64,000 nt of DNA from an uncultured Planctomycetaceae bacterium (GTDB lineage Bacteria; Planctomycetota; Planctomycetia; Isosphaerales; Isosphaeraceae), in contig CAWIAD010000001.1 in NCBI GenBank assembly GCA_963833985.1, positions 1,056,001-1,120,000 of the forward strand. Reading direction: 5' to 3'. Each line of letters begins with the position of its first letter. The first letter of the stretch is position 1. Under the pieces are notes generated by a model. That model was not told where the DNA came from. It made no database searches and saw only the letters and a list, made by a program, of their open reading frames with translations. Positions 29,586 through 41,157 of this stretch are shown here, one piece after another. A program made the translations under genes and the position numbers.

Positions 29586-30952
29586 GGCCGCGTTCCTTCT
29601 TGCCCCAGGATCTCCAGGGCGCTTTGCACCGAGTCCTCGAGCACCGACCAGGACAGGCCCCGGTCCTCCTGGCGGGACGCGAGGTCGCGGAGGTTGAAGA
29701 CCTCCCGGCCGGCCTCGTCCGGCCCCACGATCACAGCGAGCTTGTGGCCGCGGCTCGACCCGTAGCCCATCTGCTTGCCAATCTGGATCGGATCTGGATA
29801 GACCTCCGCGCCGATGCCCGCATTCCGCAGCCGCGCCGCGAGGCGAAAGGGAATGACCGGATCGGTTCCCGGGAAATTCGCCACCAGTACGGGCGCCGTG
29901 GTTGTGGATGAGCCGAGCTTCCCGGCCTCGTCGAGCAGGGCCAGCAGGCGGTCCAGGCCGATCGATGCCCCGACACCGGGCAGCCGCCGGCTGGTGAACA
30001 GGCTGGCCAGGTTGTCATACCGCCCTCCGGAAGCAACGCTGCCGTATTTCTCCCATCCCTGGAGCGTGGTCTCGAAGACGATGCCCGTGTAATAGTCGAG
30101 CCCGCGCGCCAGGCCCAGGTCGATGGCGATGCGCGCCTGTGGTACGCCTGCGGCCTCGAGCAGGTCGAGCACGGTGCGCAGGTTGGCGATCCCCTGGCCG
30201 GCACGCGGACTCGAACCGAGCGACGTCTCGGCCTCGCGCAGCACATCCACGCCCCCGCGGCCGGTCTCGACAAAGTCCAGGACCGCCGACGCCTGATCGC
30301 CTTCCAGGCCCGCGCCCCCCTGGTCCGGCGGCTTTTGTAGCTCGGCGGCGACGGCCTCGCGGCCAATCTTCGCCAGCTTGTCGAGGCCCCGCAGGACGGG
30401 ACCGCTCTGTCCGGCCAGCCCGAGCCGGTCGAGCATGCCGTCGAGGATCTTGCGGTCGTTCAGGGTAATCGTGAAATCCTGGACCCCGGCGCTCTGAAGG
30501 GCCGAATGGATCACCATGGCGGTCTCGGCGTCGGCCAGCACGTTCTCGGTGCCAATCGTGTCGAAATCGCACTGGACGAACTCACGCAACCGCCCCTTCG
30601 CGGGACGTTCGCCCCGGAACACCGATCCGATGGCGTACCGTTTGAACGGCAGGCCAAGCTCGTCCACGTGCCGGGCGACGAATCGGGCCAGGGGAACGGT
30701 CAGATCGAACCGCAGCGCGAGCTCGCCGGGCGTTCCCCCCTTGTTTGTGACCTCGAAGATCTGCCGGAGCACCTCGTCGGAGCCAGCCCCCTTGCCGGTA
30801 AGTACCTCCATGCGCTCGATGTGCGGGGTCTCGATCGGGACGAAGCCGAAGCTGGCGAACGTACGGCGGAACGCGTCCAGCATCCGCTCGCGCGGGATCA
30901 TCACCGCGGGAGGCAGGTCACGCAGCCCGCTGGCGACGCGGGGATCAATCAT
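29582..30952 (-). CDS. hisS: Histidyl-tRNA synthetase
   Basis: LRFDLTVP, FRGERP..GRLREFVQCDFD, RGLDYYTG, GGRYD, anticodon-binding domain. Confidence 0.95.
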   Translation of the reverse strand: MIDPRVASGLRDLPPAVMIPRERMLDAFRRTFASFGFVPIETPHIERMEVLTGKGAGSDEVLRQIFEVTNKGGTPGELALRFDLTVPLARFVARHVDELGLPFKRYAIGSVFRGERPAKGRLREFVQCDFDTIGTENVLADAETAMVIHSALQSAGVQDFTITLNDRKILDGMLDRLGLAGQSGPVLRGLDKLAKIGREAVAAELQKPPDQGGAGLEGDQASAVLDFVETGRGGVDVLREAETSLGSSPRAGQGIANLRTVLDLLEAAGVPQARIAIDLGLARGLDYYTGIVFETTLQGWEKYGSVASGGRYDNLASLFTSRRLPGVGASIGLDRLLALLDEAGKLGSSTTTAPVLVANFPGTDPVIPFRLAARLRNAGIGAEVYPDPIQIGKQMGYGSSRGHKLAVIVGPDEAGREVFNLRDLASRQEDRGLSWSVLEDSVQSALEILGQEGTRP

Positions 30953-31309
30953 GGATCTCACATCCTCAGAGCCGCGGAATGACGAGCCCAGGACCACAAA
31001 GTCATGGGAAATATTGTACCATCTTGCCGGCACGCGGGACCGTGGATTCCTGCCCGTGCCAGGCCGTGGACTCCTCCTCGCGCCCCAGGCGGCAGGAAAC
31101 GGTCACACGGGAGTACACGGGACGTGGGTTTCCGTGCAGCAGTGGAAGGTCGAATGGATCTCTTTCTCTGCCGCTCCTTCCCTTACAGTCCGATGCTGGC
31201 CGCGTTCAATGATTACCCAGGGGGATTGCCGGCAGCCGGCACGGTGAGTCAATACCCTGTGGTCACCGGCCCGATCCAGGATACGAGGCAGTAACAGGGC
31301 AAAAGAACC

Positions 31310-31735
31310 ATGATCAAGAGCTTCTTACGCACTCTTGCCGCGTTTGTTGTCGGAGTTTTCCTGGCGTTCGTCCTGATCGTCGGCGTGGAGGGTTTCAGCG
31401 CCGTGGTGCATCCTTTCCCCAAGGACTTCGGGGGGACGGCGGAAGAGGTGTGTCGGCACGTGGAAAGATACCCCCAATGGGTGCTGGCCGCGGTCGTTCC
31501 ACTGTGGGCCATTGCGGCACTGGCCAGCACATGGGTGGCGCAGCGGATTGGCAACCTCTACTCTTCTGGATTTGTCGGGCTCCTGTTGCTATCAGCTCTG
31601 ATCTTCAATCTCTCCATGCTGCCCTACCCGAACTGGTTCAAGGTCGTGAACCCGCTCGTGATCTCAGCCGCAATCGTGGCTGGCATTCGTTTCTCAGCAC
31701 GGCGACGGACCGCTGTGCGAGCTGAGGTCCGCTGA
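31310..31735 (+). CDS. Hypothetical membrane protein (about 4 TM helices)
   Basis: Hydrophobic ORF with HPFP and PYPNWF motifs. Confidence 0.7.
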   Translation: MIKSFLRTLAAFVVGVFLAFVLIVGVEGFSAVVHPFPKDFGGTAEEVCRHVERYPQWVLAAVVPLWAIAALASTWVAQRIGNLYSSGFVGLLLLSALIFNLSMLPYPNWFKVVNPLVISAAIVAGIRFSARRRTAVRAEVR

Positions 31736-31885
31736 GCACCTCCGGCGCGGTCCACCCGTTGACGACTTTTGGTGGTTGCTGACTATGATGTTCGCCATGG
31801 ACGGCCGGAGAACGTTCTAGAGTGCACCCATGGGGCATACTTGCACGAAGACCCCGGCGCGGGGGCGTGGGGAGGCTCAAACAGG

Positions 31886-33726
<1,841 letters not shown>

Positions 33727-33728
33727 AC

Positions 33729-33850
33729 CGGGCCTGCAATCGCACGAAACGAGAAAGGCAGACCGGAAACCCCGGTCTCCGGCCCTGTCGACCCGTCGTG
33801 CGGGCCTGCAATCGCACGAAACGAGAAAGGCAGACCGGAAACCCCGGTCT
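33729..33850 (-). repeat. Two 50-bp direct repeats, each with a terminator-like hairpin
   Basis: cgggcctgcaatcgcacgaaacgagaaaggcagaccggaaaccccggtct at 33729 and 33801; stem agaccgg/ccggtct with a U-rich tail on the minus strand. Confidence 0.85.
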
Positions 33851-33946
33851 GCCCCCTGGAATGCTAGTGGTGCAATCCGCTCGTGGGTCGCATTTCTATC
33901 CAGAACTTCCCCTCCGAGTCAGGATGCAGGCACCGAATCGCGTTTT

Positions 33947-34612
33947 TCAGCGTCCGCCGCCACCGCCACCCGGGCGCGGCTCATACTTGATCTCGAAGGA
34001 GCTGCCGAGCATTTCCTTGTAGGTGGTCTTCTGCTCGTCGGTCAGCTTGCCTTCGATCTTGGTGACGGTTTCCTTGCGGTGCTCGGCGATCTTGGCGCGG
34101 GTGCCCTCGGGGTCGCTCTGCATGTTCTGGAAGAGCTCGCGCATCTCGGTGTTCGAGGTCTCAAGAATGGAGCTGATGTCGCTCTTCTGGGTGTCGGTCA
34201 GCTTGAGCCGGCCCTGGACGTGCTCGTCGGCAAAGGCCTGGGGGCCCTGGACCTGATGCTGGATCTGGTGCAGGCGCTTCAATTGCTCGGGCTTGAGGAA
34301 TTCCTTGGCGGCGGTATTGGCCTCGGTATTCAGCGCCGTGCTCATCTCACGCATCTTGGTGAAGCGTTCCTGGCCTTCCAGCCCCTCCGTGGCCTGCTGG
34401 ATCTTCTCTCGTTGCTTCGTGACCAGGTCCTTGGCCTTCTCGATCTGGGTGGAGTCGAGTTTCAGCTCCTGCTGTACACTGGCATTGGAAAGCAGCATGC
34501 CGATGCCGCCGCCGAAGCCACGCCCGCCACCGCGACCCTGCTGGGCCAGTGCGGGACCTGCCATGAGAGCAACCAGTCCGAGTGCGACGACCGTCTTGGA
34601 GAGCGTCCTCAT
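33947..34612 (-). CDS. Secreted helical protein (LTXXQ/Spy-like repeats)
   Basis: Signal peptide ending ALA-QQ; VQQELKL, LKPEQLKRL, LTDTQK, LTDEQK. Confidence 0.75.
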   Translation of the reverse strand: MRTLSKTVVALGLVALMAGPALAQQGRGGGRGFGGGIGMLLSNASVQQELKLDSTQIEKAKDLVTKQREKIQQATEGLEGQERFTKMREMSTALNTEANTAAKEFLKPEQLKRLHQIQHQVQGPQAFADEHVQGRLKLTDTQKSDISSILETSNTEMRELFQNMQSDPEGTRAKIAEHRKETVTKIEGKLTDEQKTTYKEMLGSSFEIKYEPRPGGGGGGR

Positions 34613-34939
34613 TGCGTCAAACTCCGCTGCAGGCACCAGGCCAGCTCCGCGCCCCCGGAAGGTCTCGACTACGATGAGCCAGGCGGAAGGTTCCGGAGGT
34701 CAATGGACGGAGGGTCTTCGCGATGCCTGATAGCAGAATAAGCGACAGCATCGCCCCGTTCGACCTTTTTTTCGATCGCCGGCAGCGAGAAATCTGAAGG
34801 AATCTCAGGTAGCCGACGACGGAACAGGAAGGCACTGGCCGAGCGCTTTCCCGTGGCCGCGCGCACCCGCACGGCGGCAACCATGCGAGGGCGGGCAAAC
34901 GGTCCAGCCCGCCAGGGACCGCAATGCAGCGCCGGATCG

Positions 34940-35548
34940 TCAGGTCGGCTTCTTGACTTCCTCTTCGATCAGCTTGAGGAAGTCGTCGTCCTCCTTCTTG
35001 TCCTGCTTCTTCGGCCTGGGTTTGGCCCCGCTCTTGAAGTGCTCGGGCACCGTGTCGTCGAACTCGGCCTCGTCGGCCGAGAGCCGTTCGATCAGGGCGG
35101 GTGCGGACTTGGGCCGGGCGAGGCGGTTGGGCTTGTCCTCGTCGGTATCAAGGCCGGCCAGTTCCATGAGCGAATGCCGCTTCCGCTCCTCCTGCACCTC
35201 CTCGTCCAGCACCCTGTGGGTACTGATGAACGCTTCCGGACCGCTCGGCACGTAGTCGATCGTGAAGAGATGATCGGCAATCCCGACCTCGTCGTCGGGC
35301 ATCACGGTTTGCTGACTTGACAGCCGCGAGCCATTCACCGTGGTGCCGTTGGTCGAGCCAAGGTCGCGCACGTGCCAGACGCCGTTGATGAGCTGGAGCG
35401 TGCAATGCTTGCCGGAAACGTTCTCAAATTCCAGCCGGACGTCGCAGCCAGGCCGGCGACCCACCGTCAGCATGGGCTTGACCATCGGAATGGGGTCCCC
35501 TCCGCCGACCGGCACCAGGGTGCCCAGAAGCTCGCTTTGAGGCGGCAT
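34940..35548 (-). CDS. FHA domain protein with acidic tail
   Basis: VGRR, VSGKHC, DLGSTNGT; GAGGAG SD. Confidence 0.9.
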   Translation of the reverse strand: MPPQSELLGTLVPVGGGDPIPMVKPMLTVGRRPGCDVRLEFENVSGKHCTLQLINGVWHVRDLGSTNGTTVNGSRLSSQQTVMPDDEVGIADHLFTIDYVPSGPEAFISTHRVLDEEVQEERKRHSLMELAGLDTDEDKPNRLARPKSAPALIERLSADEAEFDDTVPEHFKSGAKPRPKKQDKKEDDDFLKLIEEEVKKPT

Positions 35549-35763
35549 ATCTCTCTCCTCGTGTCGCTCGCACGGTGCTTGCTGGCGGGCCTTCGGACGA
35601 CCCCACTTTCTCGAATCTACCAGACCGCTCCGGCATGGCTCAAGGACCGTGCTGAAATGGATCACCAGAAGCCGGTCCCCGCTGTCTACTGGAAGCGCCG
35701 CAGCGCATGCGTTAGCCTCGCTGCGTTGGGAGCGGATCGTCAAAACTGTCGGGAGAACCTGCC

Positions 35764-36636
35764 ATGATTCCTGCACGCAACGAACCCAAACCGAATCGCC
35801 GCGAGGTCCTGGCCGCGGGCCTGGCGGCCTCCGGGTGGCTGCTGGGCAACCGGCTGGTCTCGGCCGGTTCCCTGGCCGAGGGAGACTACGGGCCTTTCAA
35901 GATGGGGCTGCAAAGCTACTCGTTGCGCGGCCTCACCAGCGGTGGCCAGGCGGATCTGAAGAAGGCTCTGGCGGCCACCAGGGAGCTGGGCGTGCACTAC
36001 TGGGAAGCATTCCCGGCCCATATTCCCCTGACCGATGACCGCGACAAGATCCACGCCATCAAGGACGAACTTCAAGCCTCGGGCGTGCATGCGGACGGGT
36101 GGGGCGTGACGGGACTCGGGAAGGATGAGGCCGCCAACCGCAAGGTCTTCGAGTTCGCGCGTGCCCTGGGCCTGAGCTATGTCTCGGCCGATCCCGAACC
36201 GGACAGCTTCGACGCGCTGGACAAGATGGTCGAGGAGTACGGTATCGGCGTCGGCATTCACAACCACGGCCCGGGTCACAAGTACGCACTGATCGACACC
36301 ATCGCCAGGGCGATCCAGGATCATAGCCCGAAGATCGGCTGTTGCATCGACACCGGGCATTTTCTGCGCTCGCGGCAGGATCCGGTGCACGCGGTCGAGG
36401 TCTTCGGCAAGCGGGTCTACGGTGTTCACCTCAAGGACGTCAAGAACGCCGAGACGTTCACGGTTCTGGGCCAGGGAGACCTGCGCACCGTGGACCTGCT
36501 CAAGGCGCTGGCGGGCAACAAGTATGACCATTGCCTGGCCATCGAGTACGAGGAGAAGGAGGAGAACCCGCTCGAGGACATCAAACTCTGCCTGGCCGAA
36601 GTCCGGAAGTGCATCGCCGCGATCGGCACTGCCTGA
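35764..36636 (+). CDS. Sugar phosphate isomerase/epimerase (xylose isomerase-like TIM barrel), Tat signal
   Basis: NRREVL; IHNHG, DTGH, HLKD, IEYE. Confidence 0.9.
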   Translation: MIPARNEPKPNRREVLAAGLAASGWLLGNRLVSAGSLAEGDYGPFKMGLQSYSLRGLTSGGQADLKKALAATRELGVHYWEAFPAHIPLTDDRDKIHAIKDELQASGVHADGWGVTGLGKDEAANRKVFEFARALGLSYVSADPEPDSFDALDKMVEEYGIGVGIHNHGPGHKYALIDTIARAIQDHSPKIGCCIDTGHFLRSRQDPVHAVEVFGKRVYGVHLKDVKNAETFTVLGQGDLRTVDLLKALAGNKYDHCLAIEYEEKEENPLEDIKLCLAEVRKCIAAIGTA

Positions 36637-36718
36637 GCGCGAAACCGCACGGAGCGAGCGCCGGCCGCGCTCGCTCCGGGGCGCGCCGCAGTCCCAAAAA
36701 AGCCGCCCGGCCGCGACC

Positions 36719-37872
36719 TCAGAGAATTCCCGCCGTGATCTCGGCGAGTGCCTCCAGGAACCGGTTGATCTGCTGCGGCGTTGTGAATGGCCCGGGGCTG
36801 AGCCGCAGGGTCCCGTCGGGAAAGGTTCCCAGGGCGCGGTGGATGTACGGAGCGCAGTGCAGCCCAGGCCGGACGGCGATCTCGAAGCTGACGTCGAGGA
36901 TCGACCCCAGGTCCTGCGGTGTGAGCCCCTCAGGCGCGATCAGCGACAGGGCGCCGACGTGGGTGGCCGGGTCCCAGGAGCCGGCGATCCGCCACGCCCC
37001 GTTCGCCTCCACCCAGTCGACGACCTGCTGCAAAAGATTGACCTCGTGCTGTCTCAATGGGTCGGGCCCGCGCTCCAGAACCCATTCGATGCCGGCAGTC
37101 AGTCCCGCGAAGCCCAGGACGTTGGGAGTTCCTCCCTCCAGCAGGAAGGGGAGCTGGACCGGCTGCGTCTCGCTCGCGGAGTCGCCCCCCGTACCCCCCT
37201 CCCTCCAGGCTCGGAGCTCCCCGTCGGTCCTCGGCCCAGCGTAGAGGGCGCCGGTGCCAGTGGGTCCGTAGAGGGCCTTGTGGCCGGGGAACGCCAGCAG
37301 GTCGATGAAAGTGGTGCCAAGGTCGATGGGAACCACTCCGGCCGACTGCGCCGCATCCACCAGGAAGAACGCCCCCGCCGCGCGCACCAGGGGGGCAATC
37401 TGCTCAATCGGCTGCACGGTCCCCAGCACATTGGCGGCGTGGGTCATGACAACGAGCCTCGTGTTCGGCTCCATCCCTGCCTGGATCGCACTGGCAGTGA
37501 CGTAGCCGTGTTCGGAGGCGACCCGGGTCAGGCGGATGATCCCGTTCTTTTCCAGGCGCGCAGGGGCCGGCTGACCGAGTTGTGTTCCAGGTCGGTGGTC
37601 ACCACGTGGTCGCCAGGGCGGAGCAGCCCCTTGATGGCGAGGTTGAGCCCATCGGTGCAGTTGTATGTGAGAATCCAGCGCTCGGGTGCGGCGCCGCGGA
37701 AGAGCTGATTCAACCGATGCCTGGCCTCATCAAGGGCCCTCTCCGCGGCGATGGCCATGCGATGTCCCGCGCGCCCGGGGTTTGCCAGGCTGGTCCGCGC
37801 GAAGCGATCGAGCGCCTGGTACACCGGCTCGGGCTTGGGAAAACTGGTGGCGGCGTTGTCGAGATAGATCAT
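36719..37872 (-). CDS. Cysteine desulfurase family protein (frameshift ~37555)
   Basis: MIYLDNAATS, EHNSV, VDAAQ, PGHKALYGP, EGGTPN, RPGLHCAP. Confidence 0.9.
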
Positions 37873-37933
37873 GGTGCGTTCCGCAGGCTCGAGGTCGATG
37901 ATCGATTTCTCTAGGGTTGGTCCGGAGTCATCC

Positions 37934-38981
37934 TCAGTTCCCCACGAACTGCGCGTAGAGCGTGCGGGCCCTGGCGATGTCGTTGGTTCCCTTGATGATG
38001 GCACGGCCGTCGGGGAAGACGGTGAACTCGTAGCCTTCGGTGGCGAACCGCAGCATGAAGGCGTTGTGCCGCACCTCGCCCAGGGGAGCCATGCGGCGGG
38101 CCAGCTCGGAAAAGTCCAGCGGTTCCGGACGGCGCGCGGCCACCTGGACCGCGTTGCGGCCGCAAAGGGTGGTGGTGTGCGAGCCCAGGCCGCCCTCGAG
38201 CCACTCGAAGCGGCGATGCTGGCAGCAGGGGCAGTCCACCTTCCCCAGCAGGCCGGCAATCTTGAGCTGGCGGAAGGTCCAGTCCCACAGGTCCACCATG
38301 ATCAGGTCGCGGTTGAGTGCCTCGTGCTTGCCGCCGAGCAGCTTGATCGCCTCGACTGCTTCCAGCGAGGCGATGACCGCGACGGCCGGTCCCAGCACGC
38401 CGGCCGTTTCGCAGGTGGGGGTCATCCCGGGCGGCGGAGCGGACTCGATCACGCAGCGCAAGCAGGGCGTCTTGCCCGGCACGATGGTCATCGTCTGCCC
38501 CTCGCTGCCGATCACCCCGCCGAACACCCAGGGCTTGCCCAGCTTCACCGCGGCGTCGTTGATCAGGTAGCGGGTCTCGAAATTATCGGTTCCGTCCAGT
38601 ATCACGTCCGCGTCGGCCACCAGGTCAAGGATGTTCGTGTGGTCGATATCAGTGACCACCGGATCGATCGTGATGGTGCTGTTGATTTGCCGCAGCTTGC
38701 GCGCGGCCGCCTCCGCCTTGGGCAAGGAGTCGCGCACATCCTGCTCGTCGAAGAGGACCTGGCGCTGGAGGTTGTGCGTCTCGATGAAATCGCGGTCGAT
38801 GATCCGCAGGAAACCCACGCCGGCCCGCGCCAGGTGGTTGGCCAGCACGGTGCCCAGAGCACCACAGCCGCAGAGCGTGACCCTGCTACCCAGGAGGGCG
38901 GCGCTGGCCAGCCTCTCCCAGGGCGGGGAAGCGAACCTGGCGGGAGTAGCGGTCGAGCGGGTCGTGGTTCGGTTCAGGCAC
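37934..38981 (-). CDS. moeB: ThiF/MoeB adenylyltransferase without rhodanese domain (frameshift ~38895)
   Basis: DRYSRQ, GCGALG, DRD..E..NLQRQ, DGTDNF, CLRC, CPCC, CGRNAVQ. Confidence 0.88.
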
Positions 38982-39255
38982 CCGGCGCTCCTCCCGCGAC
39001 CGCGGGGATGATGCTGATCTCGTCGCTCTCGACCACCGGGGTGGCCAGCTCGTCGAGAAACCGGATGTCCTCGTTGTTGAGATAAACATTGACGAACCCG
39101 CGCAGCTCCGGACCGTCGAAGAGCCGGTCGTGGAGCCCGGGGAACGCGGTCCCCAGGTTCAGGAGGATCTCGCCCACCGTCGCGCCGGCGGTTTGCAGTC
39201 GATCCTGACCGCCGGCATGGGGACGGAGCGGGCCGGGGATGCGTACCGTTGCCAT
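38974..39255 (-). CDS. MoaD/ThiS/CysO-like ubiquitin-fold sulfur carrier with C-terminal GG-APGA
   Basis: VRIPGPLR, FVNVYLNNEDIR, SIIPAVAGG. Confidence 0.92.
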   Translation of the reverse strand: MATVRIPGPLRPHAGGQDRLQTAGATVGEILLNLGTAFPGLHDRLFDGPELRGFVNVYLNNEDIRFLDELATPVVESDEISIIPAVAGGAPGA

Positions 39256-39339
39256 GATGCGTGGTTCTCCTTCAGGGGCTTTCTGGCCCTTCTACAGTGA
39301 TTCGGTCCATGTTATCCCGTGAGCGGCTCGTGGCATACC

Positions 39340-40632
39340 TCACGCCTCGCTGGCCGCCAGGGCCCCAGCTTCGCTGGCGGCGGGCGAGTCGCCGCGAGAG
39401 TCGAGAAGCTCGTCAAACGCTTCCAGGGTGGGCTCGATCAGGGCCGGCGGGGCGAGCCTGCCCTGCACGGCCTCTTGCGTCTTCAGGCCGTTGCCGGTGA
39501 TGCACAGCACCGTGCTGCCGTCGCGGTCGATCCGGCCCTGCTCGATGAGTTTTTGTGCCACGGCAAGAGTGACGCCGCCGGCGGTCTCGGCCCAGATGCC
39601 CTCGGTCTCCGCCAGCAGGGACATGGCGGCCACGATGGCGTCGTCGCCGACGTCCTCGCTCCAGCCGCCCGTCTCGCGGATCAGCCGCGAGGCGAAATAG
39701 CCGTCAGCCGGGTCGCCGATCGCCAGGCTCTTGGCAATGGTGCGGGGCTGGCGCACGGGCTTGACCCGGGGAGCGGCCGTCTTCACCGCGGCCGAGATCG
39801 GGTTGCAGCCGGCCGCCTGTGCGCCGAACATCCGTGTCCGCACCGAAGATTCCAGCAGGCCAAGCTGCTCGAGCTCGCGGAAGCCTTTGTAGATCTTGCC
39901 GATCAGACTGCCGCCGGCCATGGGGGCCACAACCTGATCCGGCGCGCGCCAGCCCAGGTCCTCGGCGATCTCGAAGCCCATCGACTTCGATCCCTCGGCA
40001 TAATAGGCGCGGAGGTTCACGTTGACGAAGCCCCAGCCGTGGCGGAAGGCAATCTGCGAGCAAAGCCTATTGACGTGGTCATAATTGCCGCGGACGGCAA
40101 TGACCCGGGCGCCGTAGATGCTTGCGCCCAGGACCTTGCCCTGCTCGAGCCCTTCGGGAATGAGCACGTAGGCGTCGAGTCCGGCCGCGGCCGCGTTGGC
40201 CGCCACGCTGCCGGCAAGGTTGCCGGTGGAAGCGCAGCCGACGATCTGGAACCCAAATTCCACCGCCTTCGAGAGGGCCACGGCCACGACGCGGTCCTTG
40301 AACGAGAGCGTGGGATGGTTGACCGCGTCGTTTTTGAGGTACAGCTCGCGCACGCCCAGCGCACGGGCCAGGCGGTGGGCCCGCACCAGCGGCGTGCCGC
40401 CCACGTGCACCCCCACCGCCGGGTCACCGTCGATGGGTAATAGCTCGCGATAGCGCCACATCGTCCGCGGACGCCTGGCGATCGCCTCCCGCGTCAGCGT
40501 CTGCCCCATCACCTCATAATCGTATGCCACTTCCAGGGGCCCGAAATCCTCGGTGCAGAAGTTCAGGGCCTCCCCGGGATAGTGCTTCCCACAGAGACGA
40601 CATTTCAGCCCCGTCACGCGTTGTGCTGACAC
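39340..40632 (-). CDS. Threonine-synthase-like PLP enzyme (candidate O-phosphohomoserine sulfur-incorporating enzyme)
   Basis: NHPTLSFKDR, ASTGNL, NVNLRAYYAEGSK, SLAIGDPADG, ITGNGLK; lies between a SAM riboswitch and a sulfur carrier. Confidence 0.85.
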   Translation of the reverse strand: MSAQRVTGLKCRLCGKHYPGEALNFCTEDFGPLEVAYDYEVMGQTLTREAIARRPRTMWRYRELLPIDGDPAVGVHVGGTPLVRAHRLARALGVRELYLKNDAVNHPTLSFKDRVVAVALSKAVEFGFQIVGCASTGNLAGSVAANAAAAGLDAYVLIPEGLEQGKVLGASIYGARVIAVRGNYDHVNRLCSQIAFRHGWGFVNVNLRAYYAEGSKSMGFEIAEDLGWRAPDQVVAPMAGGSLIGKIYKGFRELEQLGLLESSVRTRMFGAQAAGCNPISAAVKTAAPRVKPVRQPRTIAKSLAIGDPADGYFASRLIRETGGWSEDVGDDAIVAAMSLLAETEGIWAETAGGVTLAVAQKLIEQGRIDRDGSTVLCITGNGLKTQEAVQGRLAPPALIEPTLEAFDELLDSRGDSPAASEAGALAASEA

Positions 40633-40793
40633 CAGCCTGGCTCCTCTCTTCAGAACATGCGCTGCGATCGTGCGGCTCGTGAGCCGGACAGCAAAACCAG
40701 AGAGTCACGCAGCTTTCCAGAGGAGCGGGCGGCGGGCGGGAAACGCGACAAGGACGTTCGATGTGGGTGCGAGACAGCACTTCACGATCGACC

Positions 40794-40951
40794 ATCTTAT
40801 CTGTCCCACGGTGTGTTCGGCCGATTGGCTCGTCACGGATGACGGACCGGCAAACTCACACTGGGCAGGAATTAGCACCAGCATCCACCGGGACGGCGGA
40901 CCGGTTGCTGTGGCGTCACAGGGCCTTTCCCTCAGCCACTCTGGATAAGAT
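40794..40951 (-). ncRNA. SAM-I (S-box) riboswitch with extended P4
   Basis: Minus strand AUCUUAUCCAGAG-UGGCUGAGGGAAAGGCCCUGUGACGCCA-CAGCAACC...GGUGCUAAUUCC...GAUAAGAU; P1 AUCUUAUC/GAUAAGAU. Confidence 0.92.
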
Positions 40952-41157
40952 GCGCACCAAATTATGAGTTTCCGAGTGTAGGGGTGTCGGGACGTATCCG
41001 TCAAGACCATGCCCGAGGCCGTCACTGTCCATGTTGCTGGTTTCCTGCGTGCCGCGGGTCCTGGCGCCTGGACACCCCGCATAGAATCCCGATGTCCTGG
41101 CTGCGTCGGTCGGGCAGAGCAGGCCGAAATCGGTTTGTACAAGGTGAGTCATCCGCG

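Noticed and set aside
33729..33850. Mini-CRISPR or glmS ribozyme
   Set aside because: Only two 50-bp units with a 22-bp spacer, and they lie downstream of glmS; no glmS ribozyme consensus seen upstream
36719..39255. Molybdopterin or thiamine biosynthesis cluster
   Set aside because: No moaA/C/E or thiG nearby; the SAM-I riboswitch and PLP enzyme point to sulfur amino acid synthesis
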